A DNA stretch of 28,812 bases, taken from positions 1 to 28,812 of the forward strand of contig JAZDDZ010000050.1 of the NCBI GenBank assembly GCA_043809245.1. Reading direction: 5' to 3'. This stretch comes from Candidatus Iainarchaeum sp. GTDB taxonomy: Archaea; Iainarchaeota; Iainarchaeia; Iainarchaeales; JAZDDZ01. Position numbers and translations under genes: made by a program. Shown here piece by piece: positions 15,289 through 25,252 of the stretch (position 1 is the stretch's first letter; every line of letters begins with the position of its first letter). A model generated the notes under the pieces. The model worked only from the letters and a program-made list of their open reading frames with translations, made no database searches and had not been told where the DNA came from.

Positions 15289-16025
15289 AAGGTATTATTC
15301 TTGCCGGTGGAACGGGAAGCAGATTGTTCCCCTTGACGAAAATAAGTAACAAACATTTGCTGCCAATTTATAACAAACCAATGATTTATTACCCGCTGCA
15401 AACTTTGAAAAGCGCAGGCATCAAGGATATTTTGGTTGTCACTGGAACAAACCACGCAGGGCATGTATTCAGCCTGCTTGGTTCCGGCAAGGAGTTCGGC
15501 GTGAAGTTTTCTTACCGCGTGCAGGATGATGCCGGCGGGATACCGCAGGCAATTGGCTTGGCGGAAGAATTTGTCGGGGAAGACAAATTTGTTTCAATTA
15601 ACGGGGACAACCTGTTGTTTGAATCCATTGCCCCGTTTGTAAAGGAATTTGAGAAAGGAAAGGAAGAGGCGCGGATTCTGCTGTATAAAACAACAAAAGA
15701 AGAGGCAATGAAAGCGGGGGTTGCAGTGCTTGAAGGTGAAAAAGTAGTGAAGCTCGTTGAAAAGCCGAAGGAGCCGCCGACAAACTGGGTTTCAATAGGG
15801 GTTTACATGTACACTCCTGCAGTTTTTGAAATCATAAGGAAACTGAAGCCAAGCGCGCGCGGGGAACTGGAGATTACTGATGTGAACAACGAGTACATTA
15901 AGCGCGGGGCATTGAAGGCAAGCAAAATAAGCGGCGAGTGGCTTGACGCCGGAAGCTTTGACGAATTATTGCGCGCAAACAATCTGGCGAAAAAAATGTT
16001 TGACGCGGGAAAAATGAAGTGGTAA
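15285..16025 (+). CDS. rfbA: Glucose-1-phosphate thymidylyltransferase (short form)
   Basis: MKGIILAGGTGSRLFPLT, KHLLPIYNKPMIYYPL, EKP, SARGELEITD, WLDAG; TTG start with AGGAGG RBS. Confidence 0.95.
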   Translation: MKGIILAGGTGSRLFPLTKISNKHLLPIYNKPMIYYPLQTLKSAGIKDILVVTGTNHAGHVFSLLGSGKEFGVKFSYRVQDDAGGIPQAIGLAEEFVGEDKFVSINGDNLLFESIAPFVKEFEKGKEEARILLYKTTKEEAMKAGVAVLEGEKVVKLVEKPKEPPTNWVSIGVYMYTPAVFEIIRKLKPSARGELEITDVNNEYIKRGALKASKISGEWLDAGSFDELLRANNLAKKMFDAGKMKW

Positions 16026-16026
16026 A

Positions 16027-17469
16027 ATGAAAATTCTTTTGCTTAACCCGCCTTTTTTGAAGAAATTTTCAAGGACTTCAAGGAGCCCTGGTGTTTCAAA
16101 GGGAGGCTGTGTTTACTATCCCCTTTGGCTTGCTTATGCAGCGGGAGTTTTGGAAAAGGAAGGCCATGAAGTTAAATTAATTGATGCGCCTGCGCAGAAT
16201 ATGGAGTTAGAGGAAGTGGTTGCAGCTGCAAAGGAATTTTCACCGGAACTTGTTGTTTTGGACACGAGCACCCCGAGCATTTATTCCGATGTGAAATGCC
16301 TTGAGGGAATAAAAAAAGCGGTTAAGTGCTTTGCGGTATTGGTTGGAACGCATGTGAGTGCATTGCCAAAGGAGTCGCTTGAATTGTCAAAGGAAATTGA
16401 CGCGATTGCAAGGCACGAGTATGATTACATTTTGAGGGATTTGGCTAATGCATTTGAGGAAGGAACTGATTGGCGCGGAGTGAGAGGATTGACTTTCAGA
16501 AGCAACGGAGCAGTCCAGGGTACGCCTGACATGCATTTCATTGAGAAACTGGATGACCTCCCTTTCGTTTCAGCGGTTTACAGGAACCACTTGAATTACA
16601 AAAATTATTTTTATCCCGCAAACCTTTACCCTGAAATAACAATCATCACGGGAAGGGGCTGCCCTTTCCAGTGCACTTACTGTGTTATGCCGCAGGCAAT
16701 GAACGGAAGGAGATATAGGTATAGGAGCGTTGAAAATGTGTTGAGGGAGTTAAAGTACATAAAGGAAAATTTTCCTGACGTGAAAGAGGTTTTCATTGAA
16801 GATGACACTTTGACCGCAAACAGGCAGCGCGTGAAGGAATTGTGCGACAAAATTGTTGCGGAAAAATTGAAGATTAGGTGGAGCTGCAATGCACGCGCAG
16901 ACGTGGACTTGGAGACCCTGCAGAAAATGAGGAAAGCTGGCTGCAGGCTTTTATGCGTTGGGTTTGAAAGCGGAAGCCAGGAAATACTGGACAACATCAA
17001 AAAAGGCACAAAGCTTGAGGTTATAAGGCAGTTCATGAAGGACGCGAAAAAAGCAGGAATTCTGGTGCACGGCTGTTTCATGATGGGCAACCAGGGAGAA
17101 ACAAAGGAAACAATCGGCAAGACAGTCAAGTTTGCGGTGGAGCTGGAGCCTGATTCAGCGCAGTTTTTCCCGATAATGGTTTACCCTGGAACAGAGGCGT
17201 TTGATTTTTTCAGAAAAAATGGGTTCATTACAACGGATAATTTCAGGGAATGGTTAAAGGAAACAGGGGAGCACAACTGCATTGTTTCAAGGCCAGGCCT
17301 GAGCAATGAGGACCTGGTTAAGGAATGCGATAACGCGAGAAGAGTGTTTTATTTGAGGCCAAAATACCTTGGAAAAAAATTGCTGCAGGGAATAACCAAT
17401 CCAAAAGAACTGCCAAGGCTCGTGAAAGCGTCAGGCACGTTCTCAAAGTATCTTTTAAAGAGAAACTAG
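16027..17469 (+). CDS. B12-binding-domain radical SAM protein (HpnJ-like)
   Basis: LLNPP...YYPLWLAYAAGVL N-terminus; GRGCPFQCTYC; EDDTLT; VGFESG. Confidence 0.88.
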   Translation: MKILLLNPPFLKKFSRTSRSPGVSKGGCVYYPLWLAYAAGVLEKEGHEVKLIDAPAQNMELEEVVAAAKEFSPELVVLDTSTPSIYSDVKCLEGIKKAVKCFAVLVGTHVSALPKESLELSKEIDAIARHEYDYILRDLANAFEEGTDWRGVRGLTFRSNGAVQGTPDMHFIEKLDDLPFVSAVYRNHLNYKNYFYPANLYPEITIITGRGCPFQCTYCVMPQAMNGRRYRYRSVENVLRELKYIKENFPDVKEVFIEDDTLTANRQRVKELCDKIVAEKLKIRWSCNARADVDLETLQKMRKAGCRLLCVGFESGSQEILDNIKKGTKLEVIRQFMKDAKKAGILVHGCFMMGNQGETKETIGKTVKFAVELEPDSAQFFPIMVYPGTEAFDFFRKNGFITTDNFREWLKETGEHNCIVSRPGLSNEDLVKECDNARRVFYLRPKYLGKKLLQGITNPKELPRLVKASGTFSKYLLKRN

Positions 17470-17484
17470 GGAAGGAATTTTTGC

Positions 17485-18069
17485 ATGATGAGCAGGATGG
17501 GTTTTTTCCTTTCATCCGTGAAAGGAAAGACGCTGGATGTTGGCTTTAATGTCGGGCCGTTGCATGAAAAAATCAGGGAAAAGCTTGGCGGGGAAAATGT
17601 TTTTGGGGTTGACTTGACAGTGGAGAAAGAAGACGCGCATTACAAGAAGGCGAAAGCGGAAGCGCTTCCCTTTGCAGACGCGTCTTTTGACACAGTTGTG
17701 GCAGGGGAATTGGTCGAACACCTTGAAGAGCCAAAGATTTTTTTCGAAGAAGCCAAAAGAGTGCTGAGGGAAAACGGCGCGCTTGTTGTTTCAACGCCGA
17801 ACAGGAAAAGTTTGGTGAACAGGCTGTTCAAATCATATGAGACAACGGTGCACCTGAACCTGTTTGACGAAAAGGATTTGGAGAGAATTATGGAAAAAAA
17901 CGGTTTTGCCGTGGAGAAAAAGGCTTTTTTTCCTTACGCGGAGGAAAGCAGCAGCGGAAGCAAAATGAAGTGGCTGTTTGCCCTGCGAGGGGCATTGGAT
18001 TTTCTTCTCCCTAATGGGTTAAAGGAGCAGATGTGTTTTGCCGCGAAAAAAAAGGGGGAAGGCGCTTGA
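17485..18069 (+). CDS. Class I SAM-dependent methyltransferase
   Basis: LDVGFNVG, LPFADASFDTVVAGELVEHL, STPN. Confidence 0.88.
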   Translation: MMSRMGFFLSSVKGKTLDVGFNVGPLHEKIREKLGGENVFGVDLTVEKEDAHYKKAKAEALPFADASFDTVVAGELVEHLEEPKIFFEEAKRVLRENGALVVSTPNRKSLVNRLFKSYETTVHLNLFDEKDLERIMEKNGFAVEKKAFFPYAEESSSGSKMKWLFALRGALDFLLPNGLKEQMCFAAKKKGEGA

Positions 18070-19058
18070 AGGCATCAGTCATTGTTCCCGCATTCAATGC
18101 CGAGAAAACGATTGGGCAGTGCCTGGAATCGCTTTTACAGCAGTCATTTGGCAGGAAAGAGTTTGAGGTTCTTGTCGTGGATGACGGCAGCACTGATGGA
18201 ACAGCGGAAAAAGTGAAAAAGTTCGGGAAGGAAGTGAAGCTTATAGCGCAGGAAAACAGGGGCCCTGCCGCTGCGCGCAACAACGGCGCAAGGAATGCGA
18301 AAGGAGAAGTGCTTGTGTTCATTGATTCTGACTGCGTTGCGGAAAAAAACTGGCTGCAGGAAATGGTTGCGCCAATTGATGAGGCTGAAAAGATTGTCGG
18401 GGTTCAGGGCACTTACAGGACAAGGCAAAACGAATGGGTTGCGAGGTTTGCGCAGCTGGAAATAGGGCAAAGGCACGAGAAGATGGCTGAGGAAAAAGAA
18501 ATTGACTTCATGGGAAGCTATTCCGCCGCGTTCCTGAAAAAGGTTTTCCTCGCGGTTAACGGTTTTGACGAAACTTTTCCGATTGCCTCGGGAGAGGACA
18601 CTGATTTGAGCTTCAGGATTTCATCCAGGGGATACAGGTTTTACTTCAACAAGAACGCGGTTGTATGGCATCTGCATCCAAGCTCGCTGCTGAAATTCCT
18701 GCGCATCAAGTTTTTCCGCGGTTATTGGCGCGTGTGGGTTTACGGGAAAAATAGGGGGAAAATTCTGCATGACAGCTATAGCTCAAGGGCTTTAAAGCTG
18801 CAGATGGCGCTTGTTCCGCTTGTTGCATTGAGCGCGGTTTTCGCGCCTTTCAGCGGAGCAGAGGTTGCACTCGCAGGGGTTGCACTTTCAGCAGTGCTTG
18901 CTGTTTCAATCATTCCCCTGACTTTCTTCATGCTCTCAAGGGATTTTTTTGTGGGAATTGCAAGCCCGATAGTCATCTTGATGAGGGCCGCGGTGATTGA
19001 TGCGGGAGTCTGCTATGGGCTGGTTAAAAAATTATTTGCTGGAAATGGGGGAAAGTGA
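18066..19058 (+). CDS. Glycosyltransferase family 2 with C-terminal TM helices
   Basis: SVIVPAFN, DDGSTD, ARNNG, DSD, GEDTDL; TTG start overlapping the upstream TGA. Confidence 0.9.
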   Translation: MKASVIVPAFNAEKTIGQCLESLLQQSFGRKEFEVLVVDDGSTDGTAEKVKKFGKEVKLIAQENRGPAAARNNGARNAKGEVLVFIDSDCVAEKNWLQEMVAPIDEAEKIVGVQGTYRTRQNEWVARFAQLEIGQRHEKMAEEKEIDFMGSYSAAFLKKVFLAVNGFDETFPIASGEDTDLSFRISSRGYRFYFNKNAVVWHLHPSSLLKFLRIKFFRGYWRVWVYGKNRGKILHDSYSSRALKLQMALVPLVALSAVFAPFSGAEVALAGVALSAVLAVSIIPLTFFMLSRDFFVGIASPIVILMRAAVIDAGVCYGLVKKLFAGNGGK

Positions 19059-20183
19059 ATGGGAAAAAAGGTTTTGGTTACGGGCGGCGCGGGTTTCATC
19101 GGAAGCCATCTTGTTGAAGCATTGCTGGAAGAAGGTAATGAAGTTGTTGTATTGGATAATTTAAGCGAGCAGGTGCATGGAAAAAATTCAAAGGGCCCCG
19201 GCTATCTAGACAAGGGAGCGGAATTCATCAAAGGGGATGTGAGGAACGAAAAGGATCTGGCAAAGGCGATTGACGGCGCGGAAGTGGTTTTCCATGAGGC
19301 GGCTGCTGTCGGAGTCGGGCAAAGCATGTATGAGGTAAATGAATACATTGACAACAATGATTTGGGCACTGCAAAACTGCTGGAGCATTTGATAAAAAAA
19401 GAGCACTCCGTGAAAAAACTTTTGGTGGCGTCTTCAATGAGCGCTTACGGCGAAGGGCTTTACTTCTGCGGAAAATGCAAAATGGAAAGGGAGCCGGGGC
19501 TTAGGGAAGAAAAGGAAATGCAGAAGGGAAACTGGGAGCAGTCCTGCCCTGAATGCGGCTCTGAACTAAAAGCGGTTGCAACTCCTGAAAGAAAAAAACT
19601 GGACATTAATTCAATTTATGCCTTAACGAAAAGAAACCAGGAGGAAATTGTTTTAATGCTTGGAAAGGCTTACGGCATTCCCGCGGTTGCATTGAGGTAC
19701 TTCAATGTTTTGGGGCCAAGGCAGTCGCTGAGCAACCCTTACACTGGAGTTGCCGCAATTTTTTTGAGCAGGGTGAAGAACAAAAAGCAGCCGATTGTTT
19801 ATGAGGACGGCTTGCAGAGCCGCGATTTTGTTTCAGTGCACGACATTGTTAATGCAAACCTTTTGGCGATGAAGTCAAATGCAGCAGACTATGAGCCATT
19901 CAATGTGGGCACTGGAAAGCCGTCAACGATAAAGGAACTCGCGGAAACAATTTGTTCGGCTTACAATTTTAGGGAAGGGCCAATTTACACACAAAAGTTT
20001 AGGAAAGGCGACATAAGGCACTGTTACGCTGACATCTCCAAGATTAGGAAAAAATTGGGCTTCGAGCCGGGCTTTTCGCTGGAGAAAACAATCGCGGAAC
20101 TCATTGAGTGGAGCAAAAAAGAGAAAGCTATTGATAAATTCGATGAAGCGAACAGCGAGCTGAAAAAATTCGGATTGGTTTAA
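19059..20183 (+). CDS. NAD-dependent nucleotide-sugar epimerase/dehydratase (WbiB-like, Cys-containing insert)
   Basis: VTGGAGFIGSH, YALTK, GPRQSLSNPYTGV; CGKC...CPEC insert. Confidence 0.88.
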   Translation: MGKKVLVTGGAGFIGSHLVEALLEEGNEVVVLDNLSEQVHGKNSKGPGYLDKGAEFIKGDVRNEKDLAKAIDGAEVVFHEAAAVGVGQSMYEVNEYIDNNDLGTAKLLEHLIKKEHSVKKLLVASSMSAYGEGLYFCGKCKMEREPGLREEKEMQKGNWEQSCPECGSELKAVATPERKKLDINSIYALTKRNQEEIVLMLGKAYGIPAVALRYFNVLGPRQSLSNPYTGVAAIFLSRVKNKKQPIVYEDGLQSRDFVSVHDIVNANLLAMKSNAADYEPFNVGTGKPSTIKELAETICSAYNFREGPIYTQKFRKGDIRHCYADISKIRKKLGFEPGFSLEKTIAELIEWSKKEKAIDKFDEANSELKKFGLV

Positions 20184-20196
20184 GGGGAATTGTGGA

Positions 20197-21309
20197 ATGG
20201 AAAAATTCAGAGTGCTTCACGCGGTAAACCATTTTTCACCTTGCGTGGGGGGCGTGGAGAGGATAACTGAGCAGTTGTGCCGCGAACTTTCAGCTAAAGG
20301 AATAGAGTGCGCTGTTGTGTGCTTGGACAAATGCGCTTATTCGCGTGAAAAGCTGCCGAAAGAAGAGGAAGCCAACGGAGTGAAGGTGCATAGGGTGCCG
20401 TTCCTTGACCTGAAATATTATAAGCTTGCGACGAAAGCGCTGAAGTTTGCCAATGGCTTTGACTTGGTGCACGTGCACGGCCTAGGGTTTTTCTCTGACG
20501 CGTTTTCCTTGTTCTCCAACAAGAAAGTTGTCATAAACACGCATGGCGGCATCTGGCACACAAAGGAAATCGGATTGCTGAAAAAAATTTATTTTAGCAC
20601 GCTTAACAGGCTGGCGCTGAATTCCGCTGACGCTGTAATCGCGGACAGCAAAAGCGATTACGAAATCTTCAAAAAGATTTGCAGGAAAACCACTCTGCTG
20701 GAAAATGGTGTTGATGTAAATGCCATGAAAAAATTGCGCGGGAAAAAGAATTTCAGCCAATTTTTGTTTGTGGGAAGGCTTTCAAAAAACAAGAGGATTG
20801 ATTTGCTGTTGGAGACATTCGCTGAATTGAAAAGGAAAGGCATTGGGTTTAGGCTAGTGGTTGCGGGAGAGGACTGGGAGCACATTCTCCCGGAACTGCA
20901 GAAGATTGCGCGAGAAAAAGGGATTGAACGCGAAGTTGTATTCACGGGAAAGGTTTCGGAAGAAGAGCTGCTTGAATTGTACAGGGAAAGCGGGTTCTTT
21001 GTTTCCGCTTCAAGGTTTGAGGGATTCGGCATAAGCGCGGTGGAGGCAATGGCTGCCGGCTGCGTTCCCTTGCTGCATGAAAACGAGTCTTTCAGGAATT
21101 TTGTAAGCGATGGCGAGAATGGATTTCTGCTTGATTTTCAGGAAACTGAAAAAAGCGCGGAGAAAATAGCCGGTATCACGGGAAAAAGCATTAAAGAGAT
21201 TGAACTAATTGCGGGAAATGCTTTCTCAAGCGTTGAAAAATTCGGCTGGGAAAAAAAGGCGGGCGAATACATCGCGTTATACAAAAGGGTTTTGGGTGAA
21301 AGCGCATGA
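20197..21309 (+). CDS. Glycosyltransferase family 4
   Basis: GGVE, FVGRLSKNK, EGFGISAVEAMAAG. Confidence 0.92.
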   Translation: MEKFRVLHAVNHFSPCVGGVERITEQLCRELSAKGIECAVVCLDKCAYSREKLPKEEEANGVKVHRVPFLDLKYYKLATKALKFANGFDLVHVHGLGFFSDAFSLFSNKKVVINTHGGIWHTKEIGLLKKIYFSTLNRLALNSADAVIADSKSDYEIFKKICRKTTLLENGVDVNAMKKLRGKKNFSQFLFVGRLSKNKRIDLLLETFAELKRKGIGFRLVVAGEDWEHILPELQKIAREKGIEREVVFTGKVSEEELLELYRESGFFVSASRFEGFGISAVEAMAAGCVPLLHENESFRNFVSDGENGFLLDFQETEKSAEKIAGITGKSIKEIELIAGNAFSSVEKFGWEKKAGEYIALYKRVLGESA

Positions 21310-22421
21310 AAAGAATCTCAATTGTTTTCGGGACAAGGCCTGAAATAATAAAGCTCGCCGAATTAATGGTTCTGGCAAAGGAAAAATTGGGGGGCAATGC
21401 GAGGATAATCCACACTGGACAGCACTATTCGTTTGAATTGAGCAGCAGTTTCATTGAAGAGCTTGGCTTGCCTCAGATTGACAGGAACCTGGAAGTTGGC
21501 TCAATGGGCTCCGCAAAACAGTTAGCGGAAACAATTGAAAGGCTTGACGAAGAGTTAGAGGAATTCAGGCCTGAAATCGTCCTTGCGGAAGGCGACACTA
21601 ATTCGGTTCTTGCGGCTGCAATCGCGGCAAACAAGAATGGAATTCCATTCGGGCACATTGAAGCCGGTTTAAGGAGCTTTGACCGCTCCATGCCAGAGGA
21701 GCTTAACAGGATTGCCGCGGACCAATTTGCGGATTATTGTTTTGCACCGACAAAAACCGCTCAAAAAAATTTGCTGGATTCCGCGGTTGCCAGAGAAAGG
21801 ATTTTTTTGACTGGGAATACAATTGTGGAAGCTGTTGAAAGGAATCTCGGAATTGCGGAGAAAAAGTCAAAGGCATTGGATGAATTCGGCCTGGAAAAAG
21901 AGGGATTTGTTTTTTTCACCGCGCACCGCGCGGAAATAGTGGACAAAAAGGAAAGGCTCGCAGGGCTTTTGGAGGGATTGAAGGGAGTAATGCAGCCTGT
22001 GCTTTGGCCGATGCACCCGAGAACGGAAAAAAACATCGAATCGTTTGGACTGGGAAAAAAGTTAGGGGAAATAAATGATTTGGTTGTGACAAAGCCATTG
22101 AGTTACTTTGATTGCCTTAAGCTGTGCGCTTCAAGCAAATTCATCGTAAGCGATTCAGGCGGACTGCAGGAAGAGGCAAGCATTTACAAGAAGCCCATTC
22201 TCGTGACGCGTGAGAACACTGAGCGGCCTGAAATAATCGGCTCCTTTGGAACTCTTGTCGGATGGAATGCTAAAAAAATCGCATCGGAAAGCAGAAAAAT
22301 AAACCAAGGTTATGGAAAGCTAAAGAGAAAGCTTGCGGCAACGAAAACGCCTTTCGGAGACGGAAAGGCAAGCCAGCGCATCCTCAAAATTTCGCTTGGA
22401 GAAAAAATTGGGCGGTTTTAA
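21306..22421 (+). CDS. wecB: UDP-N-acetylglucosamine 2-epimerase (non-hydrolysing)
   Basis: GTRPEIIK, TGQHY, GDTNS, HIEAGLRS, PEELNR, DSGGLQEEA, TERPE, GDGKAS. Confidence 0.95.
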   Translation: MKRISIVFGTRPEIIKLAELMVLAKEKLGGNARIIHTGQHYSFELSSSFIEELGLPQIDRNLEVGSMGSAKQLAETIERLDEELEEFRPEIVLAEGDTNSVLAAAIAANKNGIPFGHIEAGLRSFDRSMPEELNRIAADQFADYCFAPTKTAQKNLLDSAVARERIFLTGNTIVEAVERNLGIAEKKSKALDEFGLEKEGFVFFTAHRAEIVDKKERLAGLLEGLKGVMQPVLWPMHPRTEKNIESFGLGKKLGEINDLVVTKPLSYFDCLKLCASSKFIVSDSGGLQEEASIYKKPILVTRENTERPEIIGSFGTLVGWNAKKIASESRKINQGYGKLKRKLAATKTPFGDGKASQRILKISLGEKIGRF

Positions 22422-22446
22422 AAGATTAATTGGTGTGGTTTTGATT

Positions 22447-24201
22447 ATGAAGTACCTTCTTGGAATAACTTCCCCTGCATCCGCGAACCCTGCCGCTGCA
22501 CTGTTAAAGGACGGAATGCTTGTTGCTGCGGTTGAAGAGGAAAGATTCAGCAGGATAAAGCACATGGGAAAAGACACCTATCCAAAAGAGGCGATTGAAT
22601 GGTGCCTTGCCTCACAGGGAATCACGCTTGCACAGGTTGAAAGGATTGCAGTTGGGTGGAATGACGCCACAGAGCACTTGCTGAAAGAGCTTAAAATGAT
22701 GGCCCTGAACCCCCAGGGTTTTACGGGAATTGGCTCGGCTTTATTCTACTATAATAAGATAAGGAAGGATATTTTTTCACAGCAAAACAGGCAAAAAATG
22801 TCTTTTTACGCGCATCCCCTTGCGCATTCGGCTTCGTCTTACTTTCCCTCTGGCTTTGAGGAGGCAAACAACCTTTCCCTTGACAACAGGGGGGAGTCAG
22901 AGGCAACATTGCTTAGCGTGGGCAAGAGCCAGAGTGAAATAAGCGCGTTGAAGAGCTTTTCACACTTAAACTCGCTTGGAAACCTTTACGCTTCCTTCAC
23001 CGAGTTCCTCGGCTTCTGGCCGAACAGCGATGAAGGAAAAACAATGGGCCTTGCATCTTATGGAAAACCAGTTTATTTTTACGATGACGTCATTAAATTC
23101 GGAAAAGGCTCTTACACCACGCGCAGGGCATCTTACTCAAACTATTTTTCACCAGCGGAGTACGCTAGGCTGATGAGAAGGGCAGCAAAAAAAATCGCTT
23201 TGAAGCTAGGGATGCAGGGGCTGCATGAAAGGCTTGAAAGGCAGGTTCAGCGTGACGCATTGCTTGTGAAAAAATTCGGAAAAAAAAGGCAAAAAGATGA
23301 AAAGCTGACGCAAAGGCACGCTGACATCGCGGCAACAATTCAGGCTATTTACGAAACCGCGCTTGTAACGCTAGCGGCATGGATGCATGAAAAAAACGGA
23401 ATAAGGGCATTCACAATCGCGGGAGGATGCGGCCTGAACTGCGTGGGCAACGGAAAGCTTTTGGAGCAGGAATTCGTTGACGACATCTTTATCCAGCCCG
23501 CTGCAACTGATGCTGGAACTGCAATCGGGGCAGCGCTGCTAGAACACATTAAGCAGGGTGGAAGGAACGAGTGGAAAATGGACCACGCATATTACGGCCC
23601 GGAATTCGGCAATGCTCAGATAGAGGCTGAGCTGAAAAAATCAGGATTAAAGTATTCGGCGGAGAAAGCAATTGAGGGAAGGGCAGCGGAACTGATTGCA
23701 AAGGGAAAAATCATTGGCTGGTTCCAGGGAAAAATGGAAATGGGGCCAAGGGCTTTGGGTTCAAGAAGCATTTTGGCAGACCCGACTGTTTTTGGAATGA
23801 ACGATAAGGTCAATAACCAGGTAAAGCACCGCGAGGCATGGAGGCCTTTCTGCCCGTCAATGCTTGCAGGGGCAGCAAAAGAATACCTTGAAAACCCCTA
23901 TCCAAGCCCATTCATGATTCTGAGCTCGCGTGTCAAAAAAGAGAAATGGAACGAGATTCCCGCGGTTGTTCACGTTGACGGAACAGCAAGGTCACAGATG
24001 GTGGAGAAAAAAGTTAACCCGCGCTATTACAGGCTGATAGAGGAATTTGAGAAAATAAAGGGAGTTCCAGTGGTTATGAACACTTCCTTCAATGACCGCG
24101 GGGAACCGATTGTGTGCACGCCGGCTGATGCAGTGAAGACTTTCCGCACAACAAACCTGGATTTCATGGCAATAGGCGATTATCTCGTAAGGCAAAAATA
24201 A
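22447..24201 (+). CDS. NodU/CmcH/TobZ-family carbamoyltransferase
   Basis: EEERFSRIKH, EGKTMGLASYG, AGGCGLNC, GPRALGSRSILADP, VKHREAWRPF, HVDGTAR, NTSFN. Confidence 0.93.
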   Translation: MKYLLGITSPASANPAAALLKDGMLVAAVEEERFSRIKHMGKDTYPKEAIEWCLASQGITLAQVERIAVGWNDATEHLLKELKMMALNPQGFTGIGSALFYYNKIRKDIFSQQNRQKMSFYAHPLAHSASSYFPSGFEEANNLSLDNRGESEATLLSVGKSQSEISALKSFSHLNSLGNLYASFTEFLGFWPNSDEGKTMGLASYGKPVYFYDDVIKFGKGSYTTRRASYSNYFSPAEYARLMRRAAKKIALKLGMQGLHERLERQVQRDALLVKKFGKKRQKDEKLTQRHADIAATIQAIYETALVTLAAWMHEKNGIRAFTIAGGCGLNCVGNGKLLEQEFVDDIFIQPAATDAGTAIGAALLEHIKQGGRNEWKMDHAYYGPEFGNAQIEAELKKSGLKYSAEKAIEGRAAELIAKGKIIGWFQGKMEMGPRALGSRSILADPTVFGMNDKVNNQVKHREAWRPFCPSMLAGAAKEYLENPYPSPFMILSSRVKKEKWNEIPAVVHVDGTARSQMVEKKVNPRYYRLIEEFEKIKGVPVVMNTSFNDRGEPIVCTPADAVKTFRTTNLDFMAIGDYLVRQK

Positions 24202-24214
24202 AAAGAGGGAATAA

Positions 24215-25252
24215 ATGAATGCATTGTTTTCAACCTATGCAACGGCTTTCAAAGCCAAGGGCGGCGGAGAGGTGCAGCTGCTGAAAACAAGGGAAGCATT
24301 GGAGAAATTAGGCGGAGTTAAAATTGATTTTTTTGATGGAAAACAAAGGCTGTCAGACTACGCGCTTCTGCATAACTTCAGCATTGCAGGCGATTGCCTT
24401 GAAACAGTGAAAAACGCGAAAAAAGCGGGGTTAAAAGTTGCGGTTTCAACTATTTACTGGCCTCAGAATGAATACGCGTTAAAGGAAAGGATTCCATTGC
24501 ACAAAAAAGTGAAGAAGATTGCCTACTCTTTCACGGCAAATCTCGGTTTTTCAAAGGCAAAAGAGATTATTTCGCTTGCGGATGCATTGCTGCCGAACTC
24601 GCAAGCGGAAGCGGAAATTCTGCGGAAAGAATTCGGCGCGGAAAAAGGGAAGATTTTTGTTGTGCCCAACGGAGCGGATGAAGGGTTTGCAAATGCAAAG
24701 CCAGAAGAGTTTTGGGAAAGATTCGGCTTCAAGGATTTCGTTTTGTATGTTGGAAGGATTGAGCCGAGAAAAAACGTTTTGGCGCTCATCAAGGCAGCGA
24801 AACTTGCTGGAAAAGAACTGGTTATCATTGGAGATGCGCCGGAGCACACGAAAGACTATTATGCCGAATGCGTGAAAGAGGCTGCCGGCGGGAAAGTGCA
24901 TTTTCTGGGAAGGATTGGGAATGAGAGTTCGCTGCTTGCATCGGCTTATGCCGCTTGTGGGGTATTCGCTTTGCCTTCATGGTATGAAACCCCGGGTTTA
25001 AGCGCACTAGAGGCAGGGCTTGCAGGGGCAAAGGTTGTTATTACTGACAGGGGCTGCACGCGCGAATATTTTGGGAACAACGCTTTTTATGCGAATCCCG
25101 CGGATGAAAAGGACATTGCGGAAAAAATTGAAAAGGCATTCAGCGCAAAAAAAAGCAGTGAATTGAAGCAGCGCATTCAGGAGAACTTTTTGTGGGAGAA
25201 CGCAGCGGAAAAAACCCTTGAAGCCTATCGCAAGATTTTGGGTGAGCAATGA
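24215..25252 (+). CDS. Glycosyltransferase family 4
   Basis: GGGEVQ, VGRIEPRKN, ETPGLSALEA. Confidence 0.9.
   Translation: MNALFSTYATAFKAKGGGEVQLLKTREALEKLGGVKIDFFDGKQRLSDYALLHNFSIAGDCLETVKNAKKAGLKVAVSTIYWPQNEYALKERIPLHKKVKKIAYSFTANLGFSKAKEIISLADALLPNSQAEAEILRKEFGAEKGKIFVVPNGADEGFANAKPEEFWERFGFKDFVLYVGRIEPRKNVLALIKAAKLAGKELVIIGDAPEHTKDYYAECVKEAAGGKVHFLGRIGNESSLLASAYAACGVFALPSWYETPGLSALEAGLAGAKVVITDRGCTREYFGNNAFYANPADEKDIAEKIEKAFSAKKSSELKQRIQENFLWENAAEKTLEAYRKILGEQ

Noticed and set aside
22333-22446. 38-aa N-terminal extension of the carbamoyltransferase
   Set aside because: It overlaps wecB by 89 nt; family similarity begins at ATG 22447.
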